Sequence record: NZ_CP023007.1
Length of the DNA: 53,170 nt
Reading direction: 5' to 3' (one strand)
DNA from: a plasmid
Both the position numbers and the translations under genes were made by a program. Under the pieces are notes generated by a model. The model did not search any database, was not told the DNA's origin, and worked only from the letters and a program-made list of their open reading frames with translations. Shown here one piece after another: positions 9,312 to 19,772 of the stretch. Each line of letters begins with the position of its first letter. The stretch's first letter is position 1.

Positions 9312-10481
9312 GTGAAAATCAAATTTCTTACTAAAAAATTTTTTAGAGCGAGACTATCTGAATTTATCTCTGTTCAAACTGATAACTTTTTGAGAAAATT
9401 AAAGCCGAGACCGTTTTTTACAGAATATATCGAGCAAGTTTTCAGAAAGAACGTTGAACCTAACGTTAGCCAAAATTGCTTGACTTTATCGGTTTTAACG
9501 GACACTCATGAAAAAGCTGTTGCCAGTTCATCGTACTATGGTCTCAACGGTGTAAGGCATATTATTGAAGCCAATAAGGCTTGCGATTCATTGCCAGTGG
9601 ATTACAATATTCATTTAGGCGATTTGATCGATGGTAGTGATAAGCCAGAGATCAGTCGAGGATTGTTACAATTCACGATGGAAAATTACCAAAATAGCCA
9701 GCGTCCTTTTTATGTGCTGGAAGGTAATCACGATGAAAATGATAAGTATGATGAACACAAATTTATTACTTCAGCCTCATTTAGACGTGACGACTACTAT
9801 AATTTGGTAACGAAACATGATTTCGAACAACCTGAGATCAAACGCTTGAGTCTTGGTTCCAAAGTTGCTTGGATCGATAAAGGGGATATTCGAGTAATTT
9901 TCTTGAATACGAGCGATATTCCCTATATCCTAAATGGCGGGGCCAAGAAGTACGACTTCAAAAAAGTCCGTGGTATCCGCGAGCAACAGATCGAAGATTT
10001 AATATCTATTTTAGAAAAGACAATTGATAAGCATGTCGTAGTTTTTGGTCATGCTAATTTGATCAGTCAAAGTGGTCGTTCAGCTTTGGACTTCAACGGT
10101 GACTTAGTTCAGAAGATTTTTACTAGCTTTAATAATAAGGATTCTGGACAACTTAAAAATGAATTATCCGGTGATTTTGGAGTTAATGTTCGCTATAACT
10201 TTACTGATACCGGTATTTCGACCATATCGAATTATATTTGTGGACACATGCATTATGAAAAGTGCTACAAAGTTAATGGGATTAATCATATAATATTAAA
10301 TTGTTCGGCCTTAATGGGTAAAAAACATGGCCTAACGACTGATTATAATAAAAAATGGGATCGCCGATATAATGAGATTTCCGAATTAGCTGGATATTTC
10401 ATTAATATCAATCCCGACAAAATGTTGCTCCAAATATTTGGATATGGTGCAGCAACCAGATTCGTAAGTTTTGAAATTTAA
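9312..10481 (+). CDS. calcineurin-like metallophosphoesterase
   Basis: Motifs LTDTHE, GDLIDG, GNHDEND and GHMH. GTG start. Confidence 0.7.
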   Translation: MKIKFLTKKFFRARLSEFISVQTDNFLRKLKPRPFFTEYIEQVFRKNVEPNVSQNCLTLSVLTDTHEKAVASSSYYGLNGVRHIIEANKACDSLPVDYNIHLGDLIDGSDKPEISRGLLQFTMENYQNSQRPFYVLEGNHDENDKYDEHKFITSASFRRDDYYNLVTKHDFEQPEIKRLSLGSKVAWIDKGDIRVIFLNTSDIPYILNGGAKKYDFKKVRGIREQQIEDLISILEKTIDKHVVVFGHANLISQSGRSALDFNGDLVQKIFTSFNNKDSGQLKNELSGDFGVNVRYNFTDTGISTISNYICGHMHYEKCYKVNGINHIILNCSALMGKKHGLTTDYNKKWDRRYNEISELAGYFININPDKMLLQIFGYGAATRFVSFEI

Positions 10482-10492
10482 GGAGAATTAAT

Positions 10493-10870
10493 ATGTGCGG
10501 TATCGTCGGTTTCGTAGACAAGAAGATTGCTGACAAAAAGCCAATTATAGAAGCTATGATGGATACGATCAAACATCGTGGTCCAAATAGTTCGGGGGAA
10601 TTAGTTAATGAGGATACGGCGCTAGGATTTCGTCGATTGAGTATCATTGATATCAACAGTGGTATGCAACCTATTTACAATGAAGATAAATCAAAAGCAG
10701 TAATTTTTAACGGAGAAATTTATAACTACCAAGGTATTAGAGAAGAATTGGTCAACAAGGGTCATACTTTTACTACCGAAACAGATACAGAAGTATTGTT
10801 ACATGGTTTTGAAGAGTGGGGAATGGAAGAATTACTTAAGAAAATTCGGAAGTTTGTCAAATGGTGTTGA
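10493..10870 (+). pseudogene. asnB: asparagine synthetase B, N-terminal glutaminase-domain fragment (3' truncated)
   Basis: MCGIVGFVDKK..RGPN..RRLSIIDI. Homology ends at ~10850, before the ISL3 copy. Confidence 0.8.
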
Positions 10871-10888
10871 AGGATAGTTTCTATCCTT

Positions 10889-10925
10889 TGGAGATCTCCT
10901 CGTGTGGGAGATCTTTTTTGTTGTT
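10889..10925 (+). terminator. rho-independent terminator-like hairpin (GGAGATCTCC..GGGAGATC followed by a T-run)
   Basis: Stem-loop plus TTTTTTGTTGTTTT. Confidence 0.4.
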
Positions 10926-12256
10926 TTATTAGTTGCGGCGTTTAATCTGGTGTGTTGTCTGAATATCGTACTTGAAGGCATAACAAATAAGCCTACCATC
11001 GTGACGTTATTGTGGTAGATAATCTAGGCAATCAGCTGGTAGACGCGTGTGAACATATTGGCCTGATTGGAGAAGCCATAACAAGCACGTTTGAGCTCCT
11101 TGATCTTACGGTTGATGCCCTCTATCGGTCCGTTAGAGTAGGACGATTTGGCGGCGTTAATTACTCCATTAAGATTCTTTCGTAGGGTATGCATGGCCGT
11201 ATCTAGGGGCGTGCCGTTAGGCTGATAGTTAGTGATTATATTCTTGAGTTCATCAGCGTGACGCCCCATCAAAGCATCGTGGAGATCGATGTAGGTTTCA
11301 TAAGCTGTTTTGAAGGCCGGAAACGTATCGGTTCCAATATCAATAGTGTTCTGTTCGGTCGAGTACTCATTCAGGCCGAAGAGGTAGCGGCTCTTTTGTG
11401 CGTCAGGGTTGGCCTTGTGGAATAGGCGCCATAGTGATTTCAGTACTTTATATTCCCGCGAATGCTTGTCGAGTTGCTTTAAACATTGAGTGCGAATGGT
11501 ATCCATCGTCCGGCCCATTAATTGAATAATGTGGAACCGATTAATAATGAGTTCGGCGTTAGGGAATAGTTCGTGCACGAATGCCTAATAGGAGGCGTTT
11601 ATGTCCATGATGACGCGTTGAACCGCGGCCCGTTCTGCGGTGCTGTACTGACTAAGAAAGAACTGTTTGATGGTTCTATTAAGGCGGTCGCTAAGTACTT
11701 TAACTGATTTGTGAGTGTCGGCGTCAATGCAAATAAACGACATGGAGCCGTGTGTGGAACGGAATTCATCAAAGCATAGATTAATCGGTAACCGGCGGCT
11801 CGCGTGTGGATGAATATTAGCCGTCAAAATACGCTGAACTGAGTTTGTCGAAATACCGGTGAGACTGGCGATAGTCTTAGCCGGGAGTGATTTACTGGCT
11901 AGCTTCAGCACATGAGTCGCTAGTCCGTGACCGATGGCGTGGTTAGTTGATACCACTGGAGTGGTGGCCGTACAAGTGCTATGGCAGTTACTATGACGCC
12001 AGCGTTGCTTGTTTAGCTCTAGAATTACGAGCCGGTCCATGGGTCCTGCAATGTGGACATGAGTGAGCTTGTGTCCGTTAGGGTGCAACGTATTGTATCC
12101 ACAGCTGGGACAGCGCCTGAGTGTGTAGGTAAGCTCTGCCTGGATGACCAAATACTTTTTGCGACCCGAGCCCCGACCATGAAATTCCTGACGAGTACCG
12201 AACACCTGAATGTTTGTGTCTGTAATTCCCAGTAATTTAAGTGTATTATCTATAGG
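10926..12256 (-). mobile_element. ISL3-family element, 5'-truncated (no IRL or start codon). The transposase is frameshifted across ORFs 11024..11578 and 11585..12280
   Basis: The ISL3 transposase N- and C-terminal halves lie in adjacent frames. The first 9 residues of ORF 11585 derive from IS3 sequence. Confidence 0.75.
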
Positions 12257-12672
12257 TACTAGGTTTGATTTTAAGTGCACTTAAAATACGCACAGGCGCG
12301 TAGCCTTGTGCTAAAAATTGGTTAACAAGCGGCAATCCCACATTACGGACTATTTTTTGGCTAGTAAGATGGCCGCTCGCTTTAAAATTTCGTTTTCTTC
12401 CTCCAAAATAGCGAGGCGCTTCTCTAGTTGCTTGACGTCTTTTAAAGTCTTTGACTGACCCTCGATCATGATTGGGTTAGCTTGTTTAACCCAAATAGCA
12501 ATAGAATCTTTCGACGGACCAAATTCTTCTGCTAATGATTTAAGTGAACGGCCTTCTTGGTGAAGTTTAACCAATGAATCTTTGAAATTTTGTGAATAAC
12601 GAATTGACATAAAAATACTCCTATACTTTCATTTTACGGACTGAATAAAAATAGTCCATTTTTTTAGTATAA
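12257..12672 (-). mobile_element. IS3-family left-end fragment (IRL plus orfA 12350..12610), truncated by the ISL3 junction
   Basis: The orfA HTH reads MSIRYSQNFKDSLVKLHQEGRSLKSLAEEFG. The same left end recurs at 38172-38545 in inverted orientation. Confidence 0.75.
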
Positions 12673-12684
12673 GAGTATTTATCA

Positions 12685-13137
12685 TTGATTGCATCATTAG
12701 GATTGACGACATTGATTATGCAAGATGGTGTTTTCCATATTAGTGAAGGATCACCAATTATTGCGTTTTTGCCAGTCATTATGATTGGAATTGTCTTCGG
12801 TCTGGCGATGGATTACGAAGTGTTCATGGTCTCACGGATTAGGGAGACATACATTGCCACTGGAGATACAAATCGGGCTGTTAAAACAGGATTGCAAGAG
12901 AGTGGTCTAGTCATTATTACAGCCGCTTTGATTATGATTGCTGTCTTTGGAAGTTTTGCCTTGGTTGAAGATTCAACGATTAAGTCAATTGGTATTTCAT
13001 TAGCCAGTGGGGTTCTATTTGATGCCTTCTTGGTTCGTCTGATTATTATTCCAGCGACAATCAAGATATTCGGTCGTGCTAACTGGGTATTCCCAGGAGC
13101 AAATTACTATAATAAGTTTAAGGATGATGCGCAATAA
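12685..13137 (+). pseudogene. MMPL/RND-superfamily transporter, C-terminal fragment (5' truncated by the IS3 end)
   Basis: GLAMDYEVFMVSRIRE and the following TM helices are the typical MMPL C-terminus. Confidence 0.7.
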
Positions 13138-13289
13138 ATAGGTATTGTGGCATTAAAAATATTTTTTTGGGAGTGATTTTAATCACTCCTTTTTTGTTTG
13201 ATTATGTCGCATTTTTGATATCTTTACTATTTATAAAACAATACGAATAATTTTATTTTTGAGGTAATAAGATATAGAATGGCACTAAC

Positions 13290-14561
13290 TTGTCGTTTAA
13301 TATTCATAAAAATTATGGGGGAGTAGCTGTGATAAAAACCAAGATAACTAGTCTTGTCATTGGGTTGATTTTGGGGGCAGGCTTAGGGTTATATGGCAAT
13401 ATTGATGATGATGTTATGGCTGCAAAAACTGATAGTCAAACAACTAAGACAGTAAAGCAGGCAAAATCATTAAGTCAACAGTACCAATATAAAGAAGCAA
13501 AATCAGTATTATCGGGGCACAAAGGAACAACAGTTGATCATCTAAAAAAGAGTATTAATAAGCAACAGTCAAAGTTGGTCACGTGGGATGATCCGACAAA
13601 AATTTCACATCTTTTTTATCATTCACTAATTGTTGATCCTGGTAAAGCTTTCTCATCTAAGCAGGCACAGGGATACAAAGATTATATGGTGACCATCGAC
13701 GAATTTATGCCGATGCTGAATCAGTTATATGATAATGGCTATGTATTAATTAACTTTAAAGATATTATTTCGATTGATAAACAAGGGAAGGTGACTTTCA
13801 AACCAGTCAAATTACCTGAAGGCAAGAAGCCTTTAATTATATCACAGGATGATGTTAACTATTATGAGTATATGAAGAATTCTGGATTTGCAGATAAATT
13901 AGTCGTCAATAAGCAAGGTGATGTTAAAAATCAATATACCAATAATGGTCAGAAGAAAATTGGTGATTATGACATGGTATCGATTATTGATACCTTCATC
14001 AAAAAGCATCCAGATTTCTCATACGGTGGCTCAAAGGGTGTGATTGCTGAAACGGGTTATAATGGGGCGCTAGGTTATCGTTCATCAAAGAGTCAATATG
14101 GTGATACAAAAAAGACACATCGCGAAGCTAAGAAAGCGACAAAGGTTGCTAACGCTATGAAAAAGGAAGGTTGGCAGTTTGCATCGCATTCCTGGGGTCA
14201 TATAAATATGACTACGGCCAGTGTTGATAATATCAAAAAGGACACTGCACTTTGGCAAAAGGAAGTACGACCAATTGTTGGTAAAACACCAGTATTGATT
14301 TTCCCATTTGGAGCAGATATTGGCTCATTTACAAATTATACAAATGATAATGCAAAGTACACTTATCTTAAGAGTAGCGGTTTCAGTATTTTCGATAATG
14401 TTGATGCGTCACAGACATCATGGGGTCAATTAACAAATGATTATTATCGTAATGCGCGGATAAATGTCGATGGTATTCGTTTACATGAAACAATGACTGG
14501 TGAGAACACGGTTCTAAATGACTTCTTTAATACAAAAGATTTTTATCATCGTGATAAATAA
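13290..14561 (+). CDS. polysaccharide deacetylase (NodB-homology) family protein with an N-terminal TM anchor; the true start may be GTG ~13333
   Basis: HSWGH motif; a GGGGGAG RBS precedes the GTG. Confidence 0.65.
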   Translation: MSFNIHKNYGGVAVIKTKITSLVIGLILGAGLGLYGNIDDDVMAAKTDSQTTKTVKQAKSLSQQYQYKEAKSVLSGHKGTTVDHLKKSINKQQSKLVTWDDPTKISHLFYHSLIVDPGKAFSSKQAQGYKDYMVTIDEFMPMLNQLYDNGYVLINFKDIISIDKQGKVTFKPVKLPEGKKPLIISQDDVNYYEYMKNSGFADKLVVNKQGDVKNQYTNNGQKKIGDYDMVSIIDTFIKKHPDFSYGGSKGVIAETGYNGALGYRSSKSQYGDTKKTHREAKKATKVANAMKKEGWQFASHSWGHINMTTASVDNIKKDTALWQKEVRPIVGKTPVLIFPFGADIGSFTNYTNDNAKYTYLKSSGFSIFDNVDASQTSWGQLTNDYYRNARINVDGIRLHETMTGENTVLNDFFNTKDFYHRDK

Positions 14562-14585
14562 TGAAGAGCGCGAGACAAAAGTCGT

Positions 14586-14702
14586 CAACAAAAAATTGGG
14601 TTATTTTTCAAACAGTTAGACAACACTATCACTCTTCACCAACGTAAGTTAGATTTGTTGAAAGAACAGAAAAAAGGCTTTTTACAAAATATGTTTGTAT
14701 AG
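14586..14702 (+). pseudogene. hsdS: type I R-M specificity subunit (HsdS), C-terminal tail remnant only
   Basis: [35 protein letters not shown] is the conserved HsdS C-terminal motif. Confidence 0.55.
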
Positions 14703-14887
14703 GGTCTATAATTATAAATTAGATAATACATTAGAAGCTGGAGACAAGATTGTCTAGATAATGTGTGAGATAAAATTTTTGGCAGGTTATCACACATAAG
14801 ATAAAATGTTTTTAAAACTGATAACGTATTTATTTCACAACAATTACGCATTTATTTTTGAGAAAAATATAAAGCAGGAGGATTACA

Positions 14888-15838
14888 ATGCTGAAAAATT
14901 ATTCTTTAACAAAAGATACGTTATTAGTTTCGTCAGAATCAAATATCAAAAATTCTTCTGTTGTTTATGTTTATGGTGACGAACGAGAATATATCGAATC
15001 TTTTGAACATAAATATGACCTTAAAATAGGCAATATACTAACGTTTGATGATCAAGTTGCATATGACACGATGATAGATCGGAACGATGAAAAAAGTTTG
15101 CTCGTAAGTTTTTTGTTTCCCAAGATACACGAAGGTGGGCTTCTGGATAATCTGACGACATCTGTTGTTTTCTTGGTATTTAAAAATAAGTTGATAATTT
15201 TTACAAACCACAAATTAAATTCCATTTCCGAACTCTTATCCAATATGGTTTTACGTGATGTCAATAATTTCACGGAGGAAGTACTTTTAAAGATTATGCA
15301 AAAAGATTTCCATGTGATGCTTAACAACCTTCGTGGAGTCAAGGAAAAAATTGATGATTTAGACTCAGAAATATCAACGCCCGGTCCACTCAGACCAACG
15401 TTTGGTGATTTATTGACTCTTCGAAAATACATAATAGCTTTGTCAGCAACTTATGGCGCTAATCACAAAGCGCTGGATTTCATTAAAAAAAATTTCACAA
15501 CTAATAATGATATTGATTTTACCACCAAAAAAATAATTGATGAGATATACGATACAAGTGACACAATGGATAAAATTATTTTAGGTTACAGCCAATATTT
15601 GGATGCTTTGGGAAATATGATAAACAATATGATTTCGTATCAGCTAAACATGATTATGAAAACTCTAACAGAGATATCAATCGTTTTGACTATTCCAGCG
15701 ATTATTTTTGGTTTTTGGGGAATCAATGTCCATGTCCCGTTTGAAAAATCTTCTTATGGTGTTTTTGCTGTGCTGATTATCTCTGTTATACTAAGCCTAA
15801 TTTGCTGGTTTTGGTTGCGACGCAAAAAATATTCGTAA
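14888..15838 (+). CDS. CorA-superfamily divalent cation channel with GIN in place of the GMN signature
   Basis: Two C-terminal TM helices flank FGFWGINVHVPFE. The upstream palindrome is ATGTGTGAGATAA..TTATCACACAT. Confidence 0.7.
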   Translation: MLKNYSLTKDTLLVSSESNIKNSSVVYVYGDEREYIESFEHKYDLKIGNILTFDDQVAYDTMIDRNDEKSLLVSFLFPKIHEGGLLDNLTTSVVFLVFKNKLIIFTNHKLNSISELLSNMVLRDVNNFTEEVLLKIMQKDFHVMLNNLRGVKEKIDDLDSEISTPGPLRPTFGDLLTLRKYIIALSATYGANHKALDFIKKNFTTNNDIDFTTKKIIDEIYDTSDTMDKIILGYSQYLDALGNMINNMISYQLNMIMKTLTEISIVLTIPAIIFGFWGINVHVPFEKSSYGVFAVLIISVILSLICWFWLRRKKYS

Positions 15839-15945
15839 AGTATTTGTGATACCCTAATATGATTTAAAGCAGAATTGCTTTGTTGACTTTTTAAAAGGCT
15901 GATTCCTTTCAATAATTTAATAGCTTTTATCAGGAATTGTAATAT

Positions 15946-16444
15946 AAATAGACAGTGGTATTTGTTATTTATCTAAATAGCTTTTTAATGTATTGCACTG
16001 TGCGCGGAGAAATATTAAAAGCTTCAGCGGCTTCCTTCACAGTATGAGAGTTAGAATATTCAAAGATAGCCATATTCCGGCTATCTTTTTTCTTTTGGGT
16101 CTACCCTCCTTATAGTTGGGATTGTGTTGGCTTGCAAATATTTTACCGGCTTGCGTACGCTCGATAATCATATCACGCTCCATCTCCGCAACCGATAGCA
16201 AAGTTCTGACAATCATACGCCCAATTGGGGTGTTATCTATTGTTCCTAAATTTAAAACCTTAATCATTATTTTTTCTTTCAATAAGTCATCAATTAAGTT
16301 CAATGCTTCTCTAGTATTACGAGCAAAACGATCTAACTTTGTGATGATCAATGTGTCATTGGGTTCAATCAGATGGACCAGTTTTTCAAATTGCGGTTGC
16401 CTAGTATTACATTTCAGAGGGGAAGTATAGTTTGCGAGAGTCAA
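15946..16444 (-). pseudogene. serine recombinase (resolvase/invertase) remnant, lacking the N-terminal catalytic Ser region and frameshifted in the HTH
   Basis: LIITKLDRFARNTREALNLIDDL..IERTQAGK. The HTH tail lies in another frame. Confidence 0.65.
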
Positions 16445-16944
16445 TGAACCTTATGCTGGATTCAGAAGGATTACCTGTGGCACAAGCAGGAGGACAAAAG
16501 AAGAAGCAAGATGATAATTCTGGTGACATTACCATAGAATACAAGGATCGTACTTTATTGCTTGAAGTAACATTGATGGATAAGAATGCCATTAAACGTG
16601 GGGAGTGGGAACCAGTACTCAGGCATACCGTTAATCTTTCTGCTAGTCGCACTGTTCCGGTTCAAACATATTTCATTACTGATGCTGTTGATAAGAACAC
16701 CGAAAATATTTGGCGTTCTGTGGCTGCAACCGATTTAGAGGAAACCGCTGTCCAACATCGCTCTGTTCGTGCAACCATATATCCTCTGACAATTGATACG
16801 TTGATTAAATGGTTACATGATAAAGGTGTAAACGAAAAGGTTATTTGGGATGCCGTAGATACTTCATATAAGCCACTAATCGAAACTGATTTCGACGCTG
16901 ATTGGAAGACTGACATATTAGCCTCGATATCATCGAATAACTAA
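16432..16944 (+). CDS. hypothetical protein fragment (N-terminus truncated); a DITIEYK motif suggests a possible PD-(D/E)xK nuclease C-terminal domain
   Basis: ORF only; weak motif. Confidence 0.25.
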   Translation: MRESMNLMLDSEGLPVAQAGGQKKKQDDNSGDITIEYKDRTLLLEVTLMDKNAIKRGEWEPVLRHTVNLSASRTVPVQTYFITDAVDKNTENIWRSVAATDLEETAVQHRSVRATIYPLTIDTLIKWLHDKGVNEKVIWDAVDTSYKPLIETDFDADWKTDILASISSNN

Positions 16945-17060
16945 ATACAGAAAAATACAACAAATATTATCAGACTAAGGACTATACTAGAAAACATCAG
17001 TACATTCCTTAACTCAGGGTCTATAGTTAACTTATCGCCCCTATAAAAACTTATTAAAAC

Positions 17061-17104
17061 AACCCCTGTTATCTAACTACTAGATAACAGGGGTTGTTTT
17101 TTTG
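17061..17104. terminator. strong rho-independent terminator (15-bp perfect stem AACCCCTGTTATCTA/TAGATAACAGGGGTT plus T-run)
   Basis: Seen directly in the sequence. Confidence 0.65.
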
Positions 17105-17147
17105 TTAGGTGCTATAATAGTACTTAAAAAACGAGGTCGATGATCAC

Positions 17148-17420
17148 ATGCCTAATCACATATTTATCAATCTAGAGTCCGGGAATGATAATATTTCAAT
17201 ATTCTATGACGAACCATCATTTGTGGTCATTGCGAATAAAGATGATCTAACTAGCATTCAGTTGATTGATGAGTCTAAAAAACCTGGTATCTATATATTG
17301 TTAGGTAATGATAAACGATATATAGGTCAAGCATCAAATGCTATTTTTAGTAGACTGCAGCAACATTATATTAATAAGCCGGGTTCACAAATAGAATTTG
17401 TGACAAAAGTAGGAGGCTGA
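17148..17420 (+). CDS. GIY-YIG nuclease-domain protein (90 aa, probably truncated)
   Basis: PGIYILLGNDKRYIGQASN..RLQQH matches the GIY-YIG signature. Confidence 0.5.
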   Translation: MPNHIFINLESGNDNISIFYDEPSFVVIANKDDLTSIQLIDESKKPGIYILLGNDKRYIGQASNAIFSRLQQHYINKPGSQIEFVTKVGG

Positions 17421-17756
17421 ACAATCAATGGTTCAGTCTCTTTTTTGGTGGATTATTTAATGATTTTCTAATCTGTTTAGTTAATAATAAAAATTTGAAA
17501 AAACGCTTTTTCACAAAACTAGAGCTATTATTAAGAGCTCTTTTAAAGGCTTTTTATTTTGTTATATAAGCTTGAATTGAAGAAATAAAAATGCGAAATT
17601 AGGATTAAATTAAAAAAACATAAAAAAATATTGACTTTTATTAGAAAGTCATTAGAATTATGCCTATACAAAAAACCGGGGTGTGGAAGTTTGAAAAAGA
17701 ATGACATTAATCTGTACGTAGATGTAGGCACAGTTAAATAAGGGTCTAAACCCTTA

Positions 17757-18068
17757 CTAATTGTGAGTTTTACAGTACAATCTCAAACCTCGTGTCTTGG
17801 CAAAGACTATAGCCTCTCGAACCGTCATTTGTCGGTCGGGGCGGTTTTGGAATTGCTTTGGCTGATAAGGTTCGTGATTGTATAGCATAAAGTAAATTGC
17901 GGTTAACAGCTGTCTAGCGATAGCGACTATCGCTTTCTTGTAACCACGGCGTTTCTTTAGAACGTTGAACCGACTTTTAATTTCAGGGTGCTTATTGCTT
18001 CTAACGATGGCATTAGCAATCTGGACGAGGAGCGGTTTGATATATTGTCCAGCTAAAGAACATGCCAA
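17757..18068 (-). pseudogene. IS110-family transposase, C-terminal fragment
   Basis: GYKKAIVAIARQLLTAIYFML is the conserved IS110/IS116 C-terminal motif. Confidence 0.65.
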
Positions 18069-18234
18069 AGATTATAGACATCATTATCTAATTCATTACC
18101 CCAATTAATTAGATAATAGCTGGCTTATTTGTTGTGAACTGTTAGCTATGGGTATATACCGCGACTAACGGTCAGAAGAGTTTTTAGTTACTGGTGTTCA
18201 TTTGAATACCAGCTTTTTTGTAGGAGGTAAGAGT

Positions 18235-19707
18235 ATGAGTGTATGGGGACAGTTTATGAAACGTGAAGACGCCTCAAGTTATATCGACAAAGATGCTGAT
18301 ATGCCGCGAGTGTTGCGTACTAAGGATTTTTTGGCATTGGGAGTTGGCACGATTGTTTCGACGTCAATCTTCACGTTGCCAGGTGTGGTTGCTGCTAAGT
18401 ATGCAGGGCCAGCTGTAGTCCTATCGTTTCTTGCGGCGGCTGTTGTAGCTGGATTTGTAGCTTTGGCTTACGCAGAAATGTCGGCTACATTGCCAGTGGC
18501 AGGTTCAGCGTATTCATGGATTAGTGTGTTATTTGGTGAAGGCTTTGGCTGGGTTGCTGGTTGGGCCTTATTAGCAGAATACTTTATCGCTGTTGCGTTT
18601 GTTGGGTCTGGGTTATCAGCTAATCTTAGAGGACTGTTGTCACAGGTTGGATTAAATTTGCCTGCTGCTCTTTCTGGGGCTGTAGATACCCATACATTGT
18701 TTGGCTGGTCACCGAATCTTAGTGGCCCTAAAGGTGGAGTGATCGACATTATGGCATTTATCGCCATTATCGTTGTCGCTATGTTATTAAGCCGTGGAGT
18801 CCAAGAAGCTTCACGAGTTGAAGTTGTGCTGGTTGTACTAAAGACGGCTGCTGTATTGCTATTTATTTTTGTGGGTATTACCGCTATTGAACCAAAAAAT
18901 TATGTACCATTCATTCCTGCTTATAACCCAGGTGGTACCACAATGGGCGGTTTTCAAGGTGTTTGGGCTGGTGTAGCCGGTATTTTCTTGGCATATATCG
19001 GATTTGATTCAATTGCTTCAAATTCAGCAGAGGCGATTGAGCCACAAAAAACCATGCCACGAGGAATTCTTGGATCTTTGGCAATTGGTGTCGTTATGTT
19101 TGCAGGTGTCTCATTAGTCTTAGTTGGAATGTTTAAGTATTCACGTTATGTAAACAATGCAGCACCCGTTGGTTGGGCGTTGCGTGAGTCTGGACATCCT
19201 TTGATTGCAGCTATTGTCTCAACGGTCGCAGTGGTCGGAATGTTTACCGCTTTAATTGGTATGATGATGGCCGGTTCGCGATTGCTATACTCATTTGGTC
19301 GTGACGGCATGTTGCCATTATGGTTAGGTCGTGTTAACGAGAAGGGCTTGCCTAATTCAGGGCTGATTGTCTTGACTGTTGTCAGTGTTTTGGTTGGTTC
19401 ACTTTTTCCATTTTCATTTTTGGCCGAATTAATTTCAGCGGGGACGTTGATTGCCTTCATGTTTGTGTCTGTGGCGATGTACGCCTTGCGCCCTCGCGAA
19501 GGTAAGGACTTACCAACAACTGGATTCAAAATGCCCGGCTATCCTGTAACACCGGCAATCGGATTCTTGCTAGCGTTCTGGGTTTTCTGGGGCTTAAGCA
19601 TTGATGCAAAGCTTTACGCATTGGCTTGGTTTTTGCTTGGCTTGATTTTGTACTTTGTATACGGTGCAAAACATTCAGATACACGACGTAAACAGGCCCG
19701 AAAGTAA
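18235..19707 (+). CDS. APC-family amino acid permease (12 TM)
   Basis: GGAGG RBS then ATG at 18235; typical APC hydrophobic profile. Confidence 0.85.
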   Translation: MSVWGQFMKREDASSYIDKDADMPRVLRTKDFLALGVGTIVSTSIFTLPGVVAAKYAGPAVVLSFLAAAVVAGFVALAYAEMSATLPVAGSAYSWISVLFGEGFGWVAGWALLAEYFIAVAFVGSGLSANLRGLLSQVGLNLPAALSGAVDTHTLFGWSPNLSGPKGGVIDIMAFIAIIVVAMLLSRGVQEASRVEVVLVVLKTAAVLLFIFVGITAIEPKNYVPFIPAYNPGGTTMGGFQGVWAGVAGIFLAYIGFDSIASNSAEAIEPQKTMPRGILGSLAIGVVMFAGVSLVLVGMFKYSRYVNNAAPVGWALRESGHPLIAAIVSTVAVVGMFTALIGMMMAGSRLLYSFGRDGMLPLWLGRVNEKGLPNSGLIVLTVVSVLVGSLFPFSFLAELISAGTLIAFMFVSVAMYALRPREGKDLPTTGFKMPGYPVTPAIGFLLAFWVFWGLSIDAKLYALAWFLLGLILYFVYGAKHSDTRRKQARK

Positions 19708-19772
19708 AGAAGCGTTGGCGGTATTTTTAGAGATTAAAATGTTTTTCTGTTTAAAGAGAGGCGGGAAAGAAT

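Noticed and set aside
12685-12720. Start codon MIASLG of ORF 12685 as a genuine N-terminus
   Set aside because: The homology (MMPL C-terminal domain) starts mid-protein, immediately after the IS3 end. The gene is a 5'-truncated fragment.
17631-17665. Strong sigma70-like promoter (TTGACT-16-TAGAAT) in the AT-rich junk between the GIY-YIG fragment and the IS110 fragment
   Set aside because: It has no downstream ORF and points antisense into the IS110 remnant. It is probably a relic promoter of a deleted gene, so I did not list it as a feature.
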